From a virus: a DNA stretch of 64,000 nucleotides. Position 1 is the stretch's first letter; every line of letters starts with the position of its first letter. Below, one piece after another: positions 29,734 to 39,700 of this stretch. The stretch lies in the IMG/VR virus record IMGVR_UViG_3300028920_000055, positions 26,052 to 90,051 of that record. The stretch is one strand, 5' to 3'. A model generated the notes under the pieces. It ran no database searches and was not told the origin of the DNA. It saw only the letters and a list, made by a program, of their open reading frames with translations. The translations under genes and the position numbers were made by a program.

Positions 29734-30092
29734 TGTCGATAGATGAATCAAAACTGCCTCAATCGGTGACTATATCTGAACCATCATCTTCACTCGATGC
29801 TTATGGTAATCCAGATGGAACGCTGGCTGTTATTAATTCGAGCGTTCCTTGTCGGATAACAAGAAATAAACATTACAATGCAGAAGCGGGAAGTGAAGCG
29901 GGATTTTTGAGTCGATCAACGCATTTGATTTTTATGAATCATACTTATAACAGCATTACTAATACTGTAAAGACTGGTTTTCAAATATCTACTGGATCTG
30001 ACATCTATATAGTTCAATTTGTAGACGATGCTCCCGGTGGAGTTGAAGATCATCATCAACAAATATATTGTACTAAGCAGGTAAAAGATTAA
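29730..30092 (+). CDS. Head closure/stopper protein
   Basis: D.YGNP, VPCRI, Y.V..V...HH.QI pattern; position. Confidence 0.7.
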   Translation: MMSIDESKLPQSVTISEPSSSLDAYGNPDGTLAVINSSVPCRITRNKHYNAEAGSEAGFLSRSTHLIFMNHTYNSITNTVKTGFQISTGSDIYIVQFVDDAPGGVEDHHQQIYCTKQVKD

Positions 30093-30670
30093 TGCCAAGA
30101 CCAGTAAGGATAACAGGAGCAAAAGGGCGGAGAGCCACTGGGGCATTGGTAAAAGCTCCTGGTCGAGCACCTGCGGCTTTCAGAGGAAAGAAACTTACAC
30201 CTCCGAAAATACAAATAGTTGTACACGGAGCGAAACAAGCAGAAAAAGTTTTTAAATTAATCAATAAAGCCTCTAAATCCTGGACACAAAAAGGTGTAGA
30301 GGCGACCCTGAAGATGTTCCTTAAACAAGCTCAAGCGAATGTACTTTCTAATCCTCAATTAAGAGCTTATGACAAGGGCAATCTTTACAAGGATTTAAAG
30401 TATAAAATTGAAGTTGTAAAAGATGGATTTGTACAAGGTTCTGCTGGAAACTGGGGTGAACAAGCAACGGGCGGTACAAATCCAGCTTATGTGACTTATC
30501 ATATATATGTACACGAAGGCACAAGAAAAATGCCTAAAAGACCTTATCTACATTATGCCTATTTATGGAAAGTAAATCTTGCAATAAAACATCTGGAGAA
30601 AAGCATTCAAAAGGATGCTATCGAAGGATCAGCACCAAGAATTGGAATAGCGAATAGGCTCGCAAGATGA
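30092..30670 (+). CDS. HK97 gp10-like neck/tail completion protein
   Basis: DKGNL, YVHEGTRKMPKRPYL. Confidence 0.85.
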   Translation: MPRPVRITGAKGRRATGALVKAPGRAPAAFRGKKLTPPKIQIVVHGAKQAEKVFKLINKASKSWTQKGVEATLKMFLKQAQANVLSNPQLRAYDKGNLYKDLKYKIEVVKDGFVQGSAGNWGEQATGGTNPAYVTYHIYVHEGTRKMPKRPYLHYAYLWKVNLAIKHLEKSIQKDAIEGSAPRIGIANRLAR

Positions 30671-31134
30671 GTGTATCATACGATTTAGAATTAGTCAAAG
30701 CGATTAAGGCTTTATTTGTTGCCGATAATGTTGATCCAGACGCATCAAATAATGAGCTATGTATACACTCATTTGTTGCTGATAGAATCGTCCAAGGTGA
30801 TGTGCCGCTTCAAGATGTCGATCTGCCGCAAATTTCTATATCTGTTACAGTTGGACCAGGTGTAGAAGAAGGTTTACCGGCAGAGCACGCAATGATGGAC
30901 ATCAAAGCTTGGTATCCACGTACCACTGCTGGTGCTTCTTTATCTGTTTCAAGATGCGGAGCAAGAATAAGAGGATTGTTGGATCACAAGCCTCAAGTGG
31001 TTTTTCAATACAATTCTGCTTTGCATTGCTATTTACTTGATCGGATAGATGGAAGTAAGTACTTGGGTGAGGAAGAAGAGTGTTACGTGTACCAAAATCT
31101 CTTTGATGTCGTCATGGAAAGGTCATTCTCTTAA
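30667..31134 (+). CDS. Tail terminator-like protein
   Basis: V.DRI..G...LP.ISI; position before the tail tube gene. Confidence 0.65.
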   Translation: MSVSYDLELVKAIKALFVADNVDPDASNNELCIHSFVADRIVQGDVPLQDVDLPQISISVTVGPGVEEGLPAEHAMMDIKAWYPRTTAGASLSVSRCGARIRGLLDHKPQVVFQYNSALHCYLLDRIDGSKYLGEEEECYVYQNLFDVVMERSFS

Positions 31135-31155
31135 TCATGATCATAGGAGAATAAC

Positions 31156-31611
31156 ATGTCAGTCCAATTCGGATTGGCCATCATGCGCTTGGATTCTGTG
31201 ACTCTGGGTTATATGCAGGGTGTGTCGCTCGATTTTAATTTCGAGCAAGCACTGTTGTATAGCGGGTCTCAGATTTTCCCTGTAGACGTTCGAGTTCACA
31301 CTGGAAGCATTGCTGGTAATGCTGAATTTGCGGATTTGAACGCCTTGGGAATTCACAAGCTAATTGGCGGCACAAGATCCAGCTATGGCGTTATCACTCT
31401 GACATCCACTTCATATCCCGGCACGTGGGAATGTTTGTTACACATGACCACGGATAACAAGACGTTCCGTATCGTGTTGGAGAAATGCAGGAGTACCAAG
31501 TTGAGTTTCGCTTGGGCAAGGGATGCTCACATTATTCCCAACTTCGATTTTCAAGCGTTCGATGATGGCTCCGGTAACATTGGAACCATCACGCTTGAGG
31601 ATGTTTCGTGA
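31156..31611 (+). CDS. Major tail tube protein
   Basis: AGGAG RBS; beta-rich; codon bias like the MCP; followed by a hairpin and the chaperone genes. Confidence 0.75.
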   Translation: MSVQFGLAIMRLDSVTLGYMQGVSLDFNFEQALLYSGSQIFPVDVRVHTGSIAGNAEFADLNALGIHKLIGGTRSSYGVITLTSTSYPGTWECLLHMTTDNKTFRIVLEKCRSTKLSFAWARDAHIIPNFDFQAFDDGSGNIGTITLEDVS

Positions 31612-31632
31612 TGATTGCCTCCTGCTAAGGTG

Positions 31633-31691
31633 AGGATGGGCGATGAAGCTCGGTTAATGGTCTGGCCTTGTGGATTCGCCCATCTTATTTT
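31633..31691 (+). terminator. Terminator-like hairpin after the tail tube gene
   Basis: AGGATGGGCGA...TCGCCCATCTT stem with a 32-nt loop, then ATTTT. Confidence 0.5.
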
Positions 31692-31726
31692 ATCTCGTCA
31701 AATCAGACCACGTTGAGAGGGACATT

Positions 31727-32185
31727 ATGTTAAAGAAAGATGATTTTGAAGAGTTGGAAGCCATTGTTGGCGAAACCAAAAAAGTCAAAGTAAGAGGGAA
31801 AATTTGGAAGATCACGGCATGTCCACTGTCTGATATTCCGACATTACAGAAATTGATCCGGCAATTTGAAAGTCTCAACAATGAAGAAGTCATTATGGAA
31901 AGGGGACGTGTTCTAATGGCGGAAATCATTTGGCATGGTATAAAAGAGGAACACTCCAAGGAAGTTGAGAAAGAAAAGGTAATGGATCATTTCACATTAG
32001 GAGCTTTTCCAGTAATTCTTAACATTATGCTGGATCTGAATGATTTTTTATCAGGCATGCGGGAAGTGAGGAATCTGGGCCAAGCCGGAGCGAATCTCGC
32101 CGCTCCAAGCGGAAGTTTGGAATCAATGTTGCCGATGGAAAAATCAAGGGCCAACCGTGGCGCGAACTCAAAGAAGAAGAAATAA
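31727..32185 (+). CDS. Tail assembly chaperone (G)
   Basis: GAGAGGG RBS before ATG 31727; lies between tube and tape measure. Confidence 0.8.
   Translation: MLKKDDFEELEAIVGETKKVKVRGKIWKITACPLSDIPTLQKLIRQFESLNNEEVIMERGRVLMAEIIWHGIKEEHSKEVEKEKVMDHFTLGAFPVILNIMLDLNDFLSGMREVRNLGQAGANLAAPSGSLESMLPMEKSRANRGANSKKKK
32044..32050 (+). other. -1 programmed ribosomal frameshift site T TTT TTA
   Basis: Correctly phased XXXYYYZ; the -1 frame has TGA immediately before it and stays open to 32613. Confidence 0.85.
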
Positions 32186-32613
32186 GAAATCTAACAGAGC
32201 GCCAACAGATAAAGTATGAGGTGTTAAGAGCACAACATCGAGCAAGTGAAGTAAGAAAGGCGATACCAAGCAGTGAAAGAATAAGTTACAAACGATTGTT
32301 TTATGTTCTGGCTACCGAATGTGGCTGGACCATTGATTATATAGCAGGTCTTAAATCTAAACAAATAAGATTGTTTTGGGAAGGAAGGAAAGATCATTTT
32401 GAATCGTTGGAGAAGTCCAAAGGTGAAGTAGAAACAAGGAAATCTAATTTAAGCAACCAACTACAGTCGGCTTCTGGTGGAAAATTTAAAAAACCATTTC
32501 CGAAGTCACGGGCCATGGCTGTACCGCCAACTCCTGATATAACAGATACGAAAGATATGTTAAGATCGGGAATGTTTAAGGTCGGTGACATGAGGAAGAA
32601 GAAAAATGGCTAA
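32047..32613 (+). CDS. C-terminal (T) part of the frameshifted tail assembly chaperone GT
   Basis: In frame with track ORF 32221..32613; LATECGWTIDYI..L...QI motif typical of T regions. Confidence 0.75.
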   Translation, partial: FIRHAGSEESGPSRSESRRSKRKFGINVADGKIKGQPWRELKEEEIRNLTERQQIKYEVLRAQHRASEVRKAIPSSERISYKRLFYVLATECGWTIDYIAGLKSKQIRLFWEGRKDHFESLEKSKGEVETRKSNLSNQLQSASGGKFKKPFPKSRAMAVPPTPDITDTKDMLRSGMFKVGDMRKKKNG

Positions 32614-35600
32614 GAAACGATACACAGTTGCCGAATTAGTTGTAACAGTCAAAGGCGATGTAACAAGCCTTGTCAATGAACTTGACAAGGGTGTCTCCGA
32701 TATAAAGAAATTTTCAGGAGACATGACCCGCGTTAATCGTGATTTGGTTAAGGTTGGTGCGGGAATGACAGTTGCTGCCGGAGCTATTATCGGGGCCGGA
32801 GCCGCAGCTGTTAAAGTGTTTGCTGATTTGGAACAATCGATAGCGAACACTGCCTCAGTTACCGGCGATACATCAAGAGGTCTGAAGGAACTTGAAGCCT
32901 TTGCTCGTAAGATGGGCCGTACAACTATTTATACGGCTACACAAGCGGGCGAGGCTATGTATTATCTTGCCTCTGCTGGTTATAATGCTCAACAGATTTT
33001 TGATGGTTTAGAGGGCATCCTTGCTCTTGCCGCCGCTACACAATTCGATCTTGCCGAAACGACCGCCACAGTAGTTTCTACATTACGTGCTTTTAATATG
33101 GAGGCTTCAGAAGCCTCAAGGGTGGCCAACGTATTTGCCGCCGCTATATCTTCATCTCAGGCGACAATGTTTAAATTGTCGGAGTCTATGAAATACGTGG
33201 CTCCAGTTTTCGCCAGCTTAGATTGGAATATCGAATCTACAGTTGCTGCCTTATCTAAATTGTATGACAGTGGTCTCGAAGCCTCTATGTCAGGTACACA
33301 ATTGCGTATGGCCATGACAAGGCTTCAAAAGCCTACCAGAGCCGCCCGTCAAGCCATTTCCGATCTTGGTGTAAAATTTAATGATTTGGATCCAGCCGCC
33401 AATAGTCTTGTTGACATTATATGGGCACTGGAAGAAGCCAACGCCGGAGCCGCCGAAAAAGGAAGGCTCATGTCAGAGATTTTCGGTGTTCGTTCTAAGA
33501 ACGCAATGACTATCCTTGTAAGGACTGGAAGTTCTGCGCTTGCCGAAATGGTAGACAATATTACAAATACTACCAAAGCCGCTGATATGCAGCAACGTCA
33601 GATTGATACGTTGAAAGGTACTTGGAGGCTGATGACATCAGCATTACAAGAAACATCTATTATTATCGGAACCAATTTGGAACCGGCTCTTAAAGCCATA
33701 ATGGAGTCGATACGTCAATTGAATCTTTCGTTCAGTGCTTTACCCGATTTTGTTAAAACGATAATTGTAGGATTTACAGCACTTTCGGCTGTATTTTTAG
33801 CTGTGGGCGGGGCAGTTACTATGATTGTTGGTAACTTACCAAGATTAATTGAAGGGTTGACTTTATTGAGAGCTGTGGCCGCAGGATTAGGATGGCAAAT
33901 ATCAGCGGTAACTGTTGGTATTATGGCATTGTTGGCTGCTTTCGGATATTTGGCTTCTGCTCAAGAGAGGCAAAAGCGGCTGTTTGAAGAGAACATTTTG
34001 GAAATGAAGAATGCTATCAATTTGCGGAGAAAAGAAGAAAAAGCTATTGTTAATTCTGTAAAACAGTTAGAAAAATTGGTAGATGTACAAGAGGATAATA
34101 AAACGCTCTATGGACAGCAACAAAGAGCTATCAATAGGCTTAACAGTGTCGTACCTGGTCTTGTAGATAAAAATAAAAGTCTTGCGGAACAAATGGACAA
34201 GCTAAAAGACGCAGCAAATGAAGCCGAAAAAGAAGTTGAGGAATTGGGAGATCAATTGGAACGTGTGGAGGGTATTAAATTAAAGCGCACACTTTCTGAA
34301 AACAGAGAAGAAATAAAGAAATTGGAAGAGGATTTAAGAACTGGTGCAGGGTTGAAAGATTGGGTAAATGATGCTAAAGAATTCAAGTTAGAATCTTCTA
34401 TGGTTCCGAAGGATTGGGATCATTTACAGAAAACAATGAATGGCGTATCCAAAGGTGCTTTCAAGAACATATTGGAAAATTCGAAATCTATATCTATACT
34501 TAATAGAGGTATTGGTGTAGACGTATCGAAATACAGAGATAATATGGAAAAAATTGCTTATGACGGTACAACTTATACTAATTTATTGGAGTATCAAGAT
34601 CGGCTTTCAGATACAAGATTGGATGCTCAACAGAAATTTTTTGAACTCCAAGATAAACTTAACAATAGAAGCGAAAGCATGACATCTTATGAAGCCGAGC
34701 AACTTGTGCTTCTACAAAGAGAATATGCGATATTAAAAATGATGGACGATGTTACTGCTGAAACTGTAAATAAAGTCGATACAATAAGGCAATTGAGACA
34801 AGAAAACAAAGAAATAGAAGAAGGAACAAAACCAACTGAAGAAGTTGATGGTGAAGGTGGAGAGGATGAAAAATTGGCGAGACAACGAGAAGCATTGGAA
34901 TTGGAGATTGCTGCTTATGGAGCCAAGAACAGGAGAGAAGTCAGAGAAAAGGAGCTTAAAAAATGGGAAAATACAATGAGGAATCGTCTTCATGAGCTTC
35001 AAATGGACGAAACTGAACTGAATAGAGTGGTGGCTATTAAAAAGAAAGAAATTGAAAGAGAAGCGGCTATTGATATAGCCACATACGAAAAAATGGTAAT
35101 GATGAAAACCAGCAAAGATATATTTCAATCAAAGATAGCTGAATTAGATATATGGGTGGAACAAGCTGTTGAAAGAGGAAGGGAAGTTGGTTTAAGCGAG
35201 GCGGAATCTCGTATCAATGCTGAAAAAGCCTATGCTGCTGAAAAATTAAGAATTGAAAGAGATATTAATCAAGCAATCGAAAAAATGTCAAAAGATGTAA
35301 GTCTCGAATTACAAGAGGCAAGACTTGACAGTATTCGTAATACACAAGAGAGAGCTATAGCAGAGGAACAGTTAAAATATAATCAGGAAATAGCCAGTGC
35401 TAAATATGCTCTCAATGAAGAAACAAAAGCTGTTGAACAAGGATTAATAACCAAAGAGCAAGTCCAACAGAATTATAGAAGTAGGATGGAGGCGGCTGAA
35501 GCGTCTCATACGGAAAGATTGAGACAATTGAATTATGATTATACAATGCAAGTGGAAAATGATCGTGCTACTTTGGCGGCGAGAATTAAAGAGATACAAG

Positions 35601-36739
35601 CCAAAACAGATACAAGCTCTCTTTACCAAAGAGACATCGAAATGTTAAGAGCCGCTAATATTGAAAAACTTAACAGTGTAGATCAATATTATGCTCAATT
35701 AATGGAGAAATATGTTGGAGACGAAGAAACAATAATTGATCTTGAAAAGAAACACAATGCTGAAAGAGAAGCCGCCAAAGATGAACTTAATGATAACATA
35801 TTAGCTTTGCAAGTTGAATATGAAGTAAGGCGGCTTGAGATCGAGCTTGCTGGATTGGATAAAGACGATAGGATGTACAAAAAGAGATTGGAGCAACATA
35901 AAGAATTTTTAGAAAATAAATTGGAACAAATGAAAACTTACGGTGAAGGTAGAGAGGAAGTGGAAGAGGAATTAAATGCCACAGAAGAAGATTTGGAAGA
36001 TCAAAGGAAAAGACGTGAAAAGAGAATCGAAAAACACGCCGCAAAGACATTTGAGCTTATTGAAAAGGCGGCTGTAGCTTCTTCTGTTGGTCAAGCGGAT
36101 GCTTGGAGAGAAGCGGCAAAAGAATATATCGCCCTACAGGCAGCATCACTCAAAGGTGAGATTATATTAAAACTTGCCAAAGATACTGCTTCTTTTAATT
36201 GGTTTGGCGTAGCTAAGTGGACAGCTGCTTACGCCGCTGTAACTGCTGCTGAACATGCTGCTTATGCTTTATTGGGTAAAAGACAAAGACCAACTGCAGC
36301 TTATGGTGGAGAAATAGAAAGTGGTGGAGAGGCTTGGGTACACCCTGGAGAATGGATATTTCCAAGAGGTGTTGTAAATGAATTGAAGGGGGCAAATATA
36401 ACAAGAAAGCCATGGCATGAATATCGCAATACTATGGCTGAAGGATTGAATTTACCAATATCTTCTAATCCTATGGCTAATGCAGGAGCAGTTGGTGGAA
36501 CAAATGAAGTTATAAAACAACAAGAAAGAACTGTTAATATTAAATTCGAAATAGACGCCAATGGTGCCATAATAACTCCTGCTAATGTGGATGAACAAGA
36601 TGCTTTTTATGAGAGAATAATAAAGCCAGCAGAAGAAAGATTTAAAGAAGCCATTGGTGAAATGGAAGATAATTCTCAACACGGCGATCCTATTGGTTAT
36701 TTGGATAGTTTTCACAGTCTTATAGTTAAAAAACTTTGA
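32606..36739 (+). CDS. Tape measure protein (TP901 family)
   Basis: TIYTATQAGEAMYYLASAG, L.ESMKYVAP, SMSGTQLR; long coiled coil. Confidence 0.95.
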   Translation: MAKKRYTVAELVVTVKGDVTSLVNELDKGVSDIKKFSGDMTRVNRDLVKVGAGMTVAAGAIIGAGAAAVKVFADLEQSIANTASVTGDTSRGLKELEAFARKMGRTTIYTATQAGEAMYYLASAGYNAQQIFDGLEGILALAAATQFDLAETTATVVSTLRAFNMEASEASRVANVFAAAISSSQATMFKLSESMKYVAPVFASLDWNIESTVAALSKLYDSGLEASMSGTQLRMAMTRLQKPTRAARQAISDLGVKFNDLDPAANSLVDIIWALEEANAGAAEKGRLMSEIFGVRSKNAMTILVRTGSSALAEMVDNITNTTKAADMQQRQIDTLKGTWRLMTSALQETSIIIGTNLEPALKAIMESIRQLNLSFSALPDFVKTIIVGFTALSAVFLAVGGAVTMIVGNLPRLIEGLTLLRAVAAGLGWQISAVTVGIMALLAAFGYLASAQERQKRLFEENILEMKNAINLRRKEEKAIVNSVKQLEKLVDVQEDNKTLYGQQQRAINRLNSVVPGLVDKNKSLAEQMDKLKDAANEAEKEVEELGDQLERVEGIKLKRTLSENREEIKKLEEDLRTGAGLKDWVNDAKEFKLESSMVPKDWDHLQKTMNGVSKGAFKNILENSKSISILNRGIGVDVSKYRDNMEKIAYDGTTYTNLLEYQDRLSDTRLDAQQKFFELQDKLNNRSESMTSYEAEQLVLLQREYAILKMMDDVTAETVNKVDTIRQLRQENKEIEEGTKPTEEVDGEGGEDEKLARQREALELEIAAYGAKNRREVREKELKKWENTMRNRLHELQMDETELNRVVAIKKKEIEREAAIDIATYEKMVMMKTSKDIFQSKIAELDIWVEQAVERGREVGLSEAESRINAEKAYAAEKLRIERDINQAIEKMSKDVSLELQEARLDSIRNTQERAIAEEQLKYNQEIASAKYALNEETKAVEQGLITKEQVQQNYRSRMEAAEASHTERLRQLNYDYTMQVENDRATLAARIKEIQAKTDTSSLYQRDIEMLRAANIEKLNSVDQYYAQLMEKYVGDEETIIDLEKKHNAEREAAKDELNDNILALQVEYEVRRLEIELAGLDKDDRMYKKRLEQHKEFLENKLEQMKTYGEGREEVEEELNATEEDLEDQRKRREKRIEKHAAKTFELIEKAAVASSVGQADAWREAAKEYIALQAASLKGEIILKLAKDTASFNWFGVAKWTAAYAAVTAAEHAAYALLGKRQRPTAAYGGEIESGGEAWVHPGEWIFPRGVVNELKGANITRKPWHEYRNTMAEGLNLPISSNPMANAGAVGGTNEVIKQQERTVNIKFEIDANGAIITPANVDEQDAFYERIIKPAEERFKEAIGEMEDNSQHGDPIGYLDSFHSLIVKKL

Positions 36740-36746
36740 GGAAATA

Positions 36747-39700
36747 ATGCAAACAGTAAGCGATGAATCATTAGTCCAACAAGAGAATCAAGTAACTCCT
36801 GTTCACCACGCAGATTGTTACGCTTATAAGCAATGGGTTGGATATATTACGGATACAGCTGCCGGATCAATAACTGTGCTCGGTGATGCTACCAGTTTTG
36901 TATCAACAGGAGATGAAATTATAATAAGTAGTTCCAATCTTAACATAGATTATGAAGTTGAATCTGTATCTTATAATGAGACCACAGGTGAGACTACAAT
37001 TACTTGTGATGGATTGGGAGATTTAGGTGTTAATATTCCGAATGGTGACTATTTTTATTTAAAAAAAGATTTAACAGAATATTTAATCAACGATGGAATA
37101 GGTGATATTCGAAAAGAATTTGAATCAAAAACATTTGGTACATTAAGACCCTGGCAAGTAAATCTTCAGTTTATTGATGATGGATATGATTATCTTTTGA
37201 CTGGAACGAGATTAAGTCCACAATTCTTTTTTAAAGACGTATATACATCAACTGTAATTAGTGCTACTGATGTCGGGAATTTTACCCAAATCGATCTTAA
37301 CGAACATACTTATGAATTGTTTAATACAAATCTATTAAAACAATATGAAATAAGGATATTGAATGGTAAGGCTCGTAATCAAAAAGCAAAAATATGTAAA
37401 GTGTCTGCAATATTTAAGAGAATTTGGGTATATGGTAATTTTGGAGATACTATCAAGGAAGGTGATAGTATCTCTATCAATATGCAAAATAAATTTATGT
37501 TTAAAATTAGATTTGGTATGAAAGGATTTCCATCAGATCGATTAAACATATTTTTTGGTATGGCTTATCCAAAAACCATTACAAGAGCGAATAGAAGAGT
37601 TGATGTAATAGCATATAGTTTCGTGAAAGATTGGGAAGCCAGATATGCTTGGCAAGTATCACGTGAAACCAATAGATTTGCTAAAATTCCTGGAATTAAA
37701 GTATATTCTTACGATACCAATTTAAAATCTTATGGAGAAGAAAGACTTGTTAAAGTGAAATATAAATTTCCAGATGGATCATTGCAAGGTGTTACAGGGG
37801 TAAGTATTAAAGAGGCTTCTGTTGACGTTGGAACGAAAGCAAGATTGTTAAGGTTCAAAAGGCCAAATTATTTACAATGGGATGGTGGAAGTTGGACACA
37901 AAAGGCATCTGAAGCAGATGCTCAAACTCTTACAGCATCTGATAGTTCTACCATAACTGTAGACGTAAGGCCATCAGATTATCCACCAATAGATACAGAA
38001 GAAATTATATTTTTTGACGCACAATCGAGAATGGATGTAAAGGTGCTTGATCAAGGGCCGGCTGGAATAAAAATCGATGATGGAGAAGTTGTACCATTAT
38101 ATTCCAAATTATTTAGAATATGGGTTGATGAGAGTTATACAGCTGGAACGATCGCAGATCAAGTCGATATGACTGATAGAGCAAATAGTAGTCCCATAGA
38201 AGTAATTCCGGATGTTAATGCTAATGTAGCAATATATTTCGGATTAACAGAAAGATTTGGTGCAATAGAAATAAAAGGATTGCGCCAACTTGGAAATGCG
38301 ATTAGTGACTCTACATTGGAGTGGGAATATTCGTTGTCTTACGGTACAGATCCAAGCTGTTTTCAAAGTCTAACTGTTACAGATGGGACTAATGGTTTTA
38401 GTCAAGACGGAATCATCTCTTGGGAAGTACCTGACGATTGGGGAAAGAAATCTAAGATTGGTGATTCGAGTGACTTTCATATGTATTGGATAAGATTAAA
38501 GATAGCTTGCGGTGGAGCAAACGATTTAAGAGAATGCGATGAAATTGTTCCTTATATGACTGTTCTTGGATCAAAACAAGATACATTTACATTAAATTCT
38601 GATTGGAGAAATTTCGGAAAAGAAAGTATAGACGATGAAGTGATTGTTCGTAAAGATGATGATGGAAATTATGTTCTTGCTACTTGGAAACAAAATGTAA
38701 GAGCAATTGACATACTTGATGAATTGATTGAAGAATCTGGATATGGAGTAAATGAAGAAATTGACGAAGCATTAATAGATTTACCATCTCCATCATTGAA
38801 TATTTGGGGCAAACCATTTAGTGCAGAATTAAATAAACCAACTGCTGTAGCAGTTGGAACAGGCAATGCTGATGGATATATTTTTGTAGCCTATAAAAAT
38901 GTAATATTTAGATTAAAAAGTTCAGATGATGAATGGAAAGAAATAGCAAGATGTAATTACGATTATACAATACACTCCATTGCTTATTTCGATAGTATCG
39001 ATGGTGCCGAAAGGAATTTCATTCTTTGTATTGGTTATAAGGATATTCAACCTCCTGGTTCCATGTCAGGAGATGATTATCATGTACAACCAGCACAAAT
39101 AATGATGAGAATAGATGATGTAGAAGGAGATGATTATTTTACAACATTCGATACTTGTGATGATGGCGGAGATATTTACAACCATGACAGTTATACAGAT
39201 GGAGATGGATTGATAGATAATCTTCATTTGTTTAGATCAGGATTAAGTAAAGAAATAACAATTAGTGTTACCAATTATTATTATCTTGCGTGTGGTCACG
39301 TCAATGAAGCAGGTGCTGTTGGTGCAGCTAATTTTGATTCAGAACATATTTGTGTACCTTATCATCAATTGGTTGCAAGATTGAATATTTCTACTGATCC
39401 GGTTATAGAAGCTATTTCTGATGGAGATATTGATTTTGATGAACCTACACTTATAAATGAGCAAACTGGTCAAACAAGTGCTTGGACGCCTGTTTGGCTG
39501 GATCCTGGATATGGACCAGTTATTTGGATGTGGAGATCGGCAGAATATAGTCAATGGGGCGATCTCGGTGTAAGATATTCGCTTGGTCAAAAGGGTGGAT
39601 ATTGTGGAGTTCATTTCCCTGGTATACCAAATCCACAATACGGAATATATGGCCAAAAACCTTTAGACGTAAGTCCAATAACTTGGAGCAATAGACCAAG

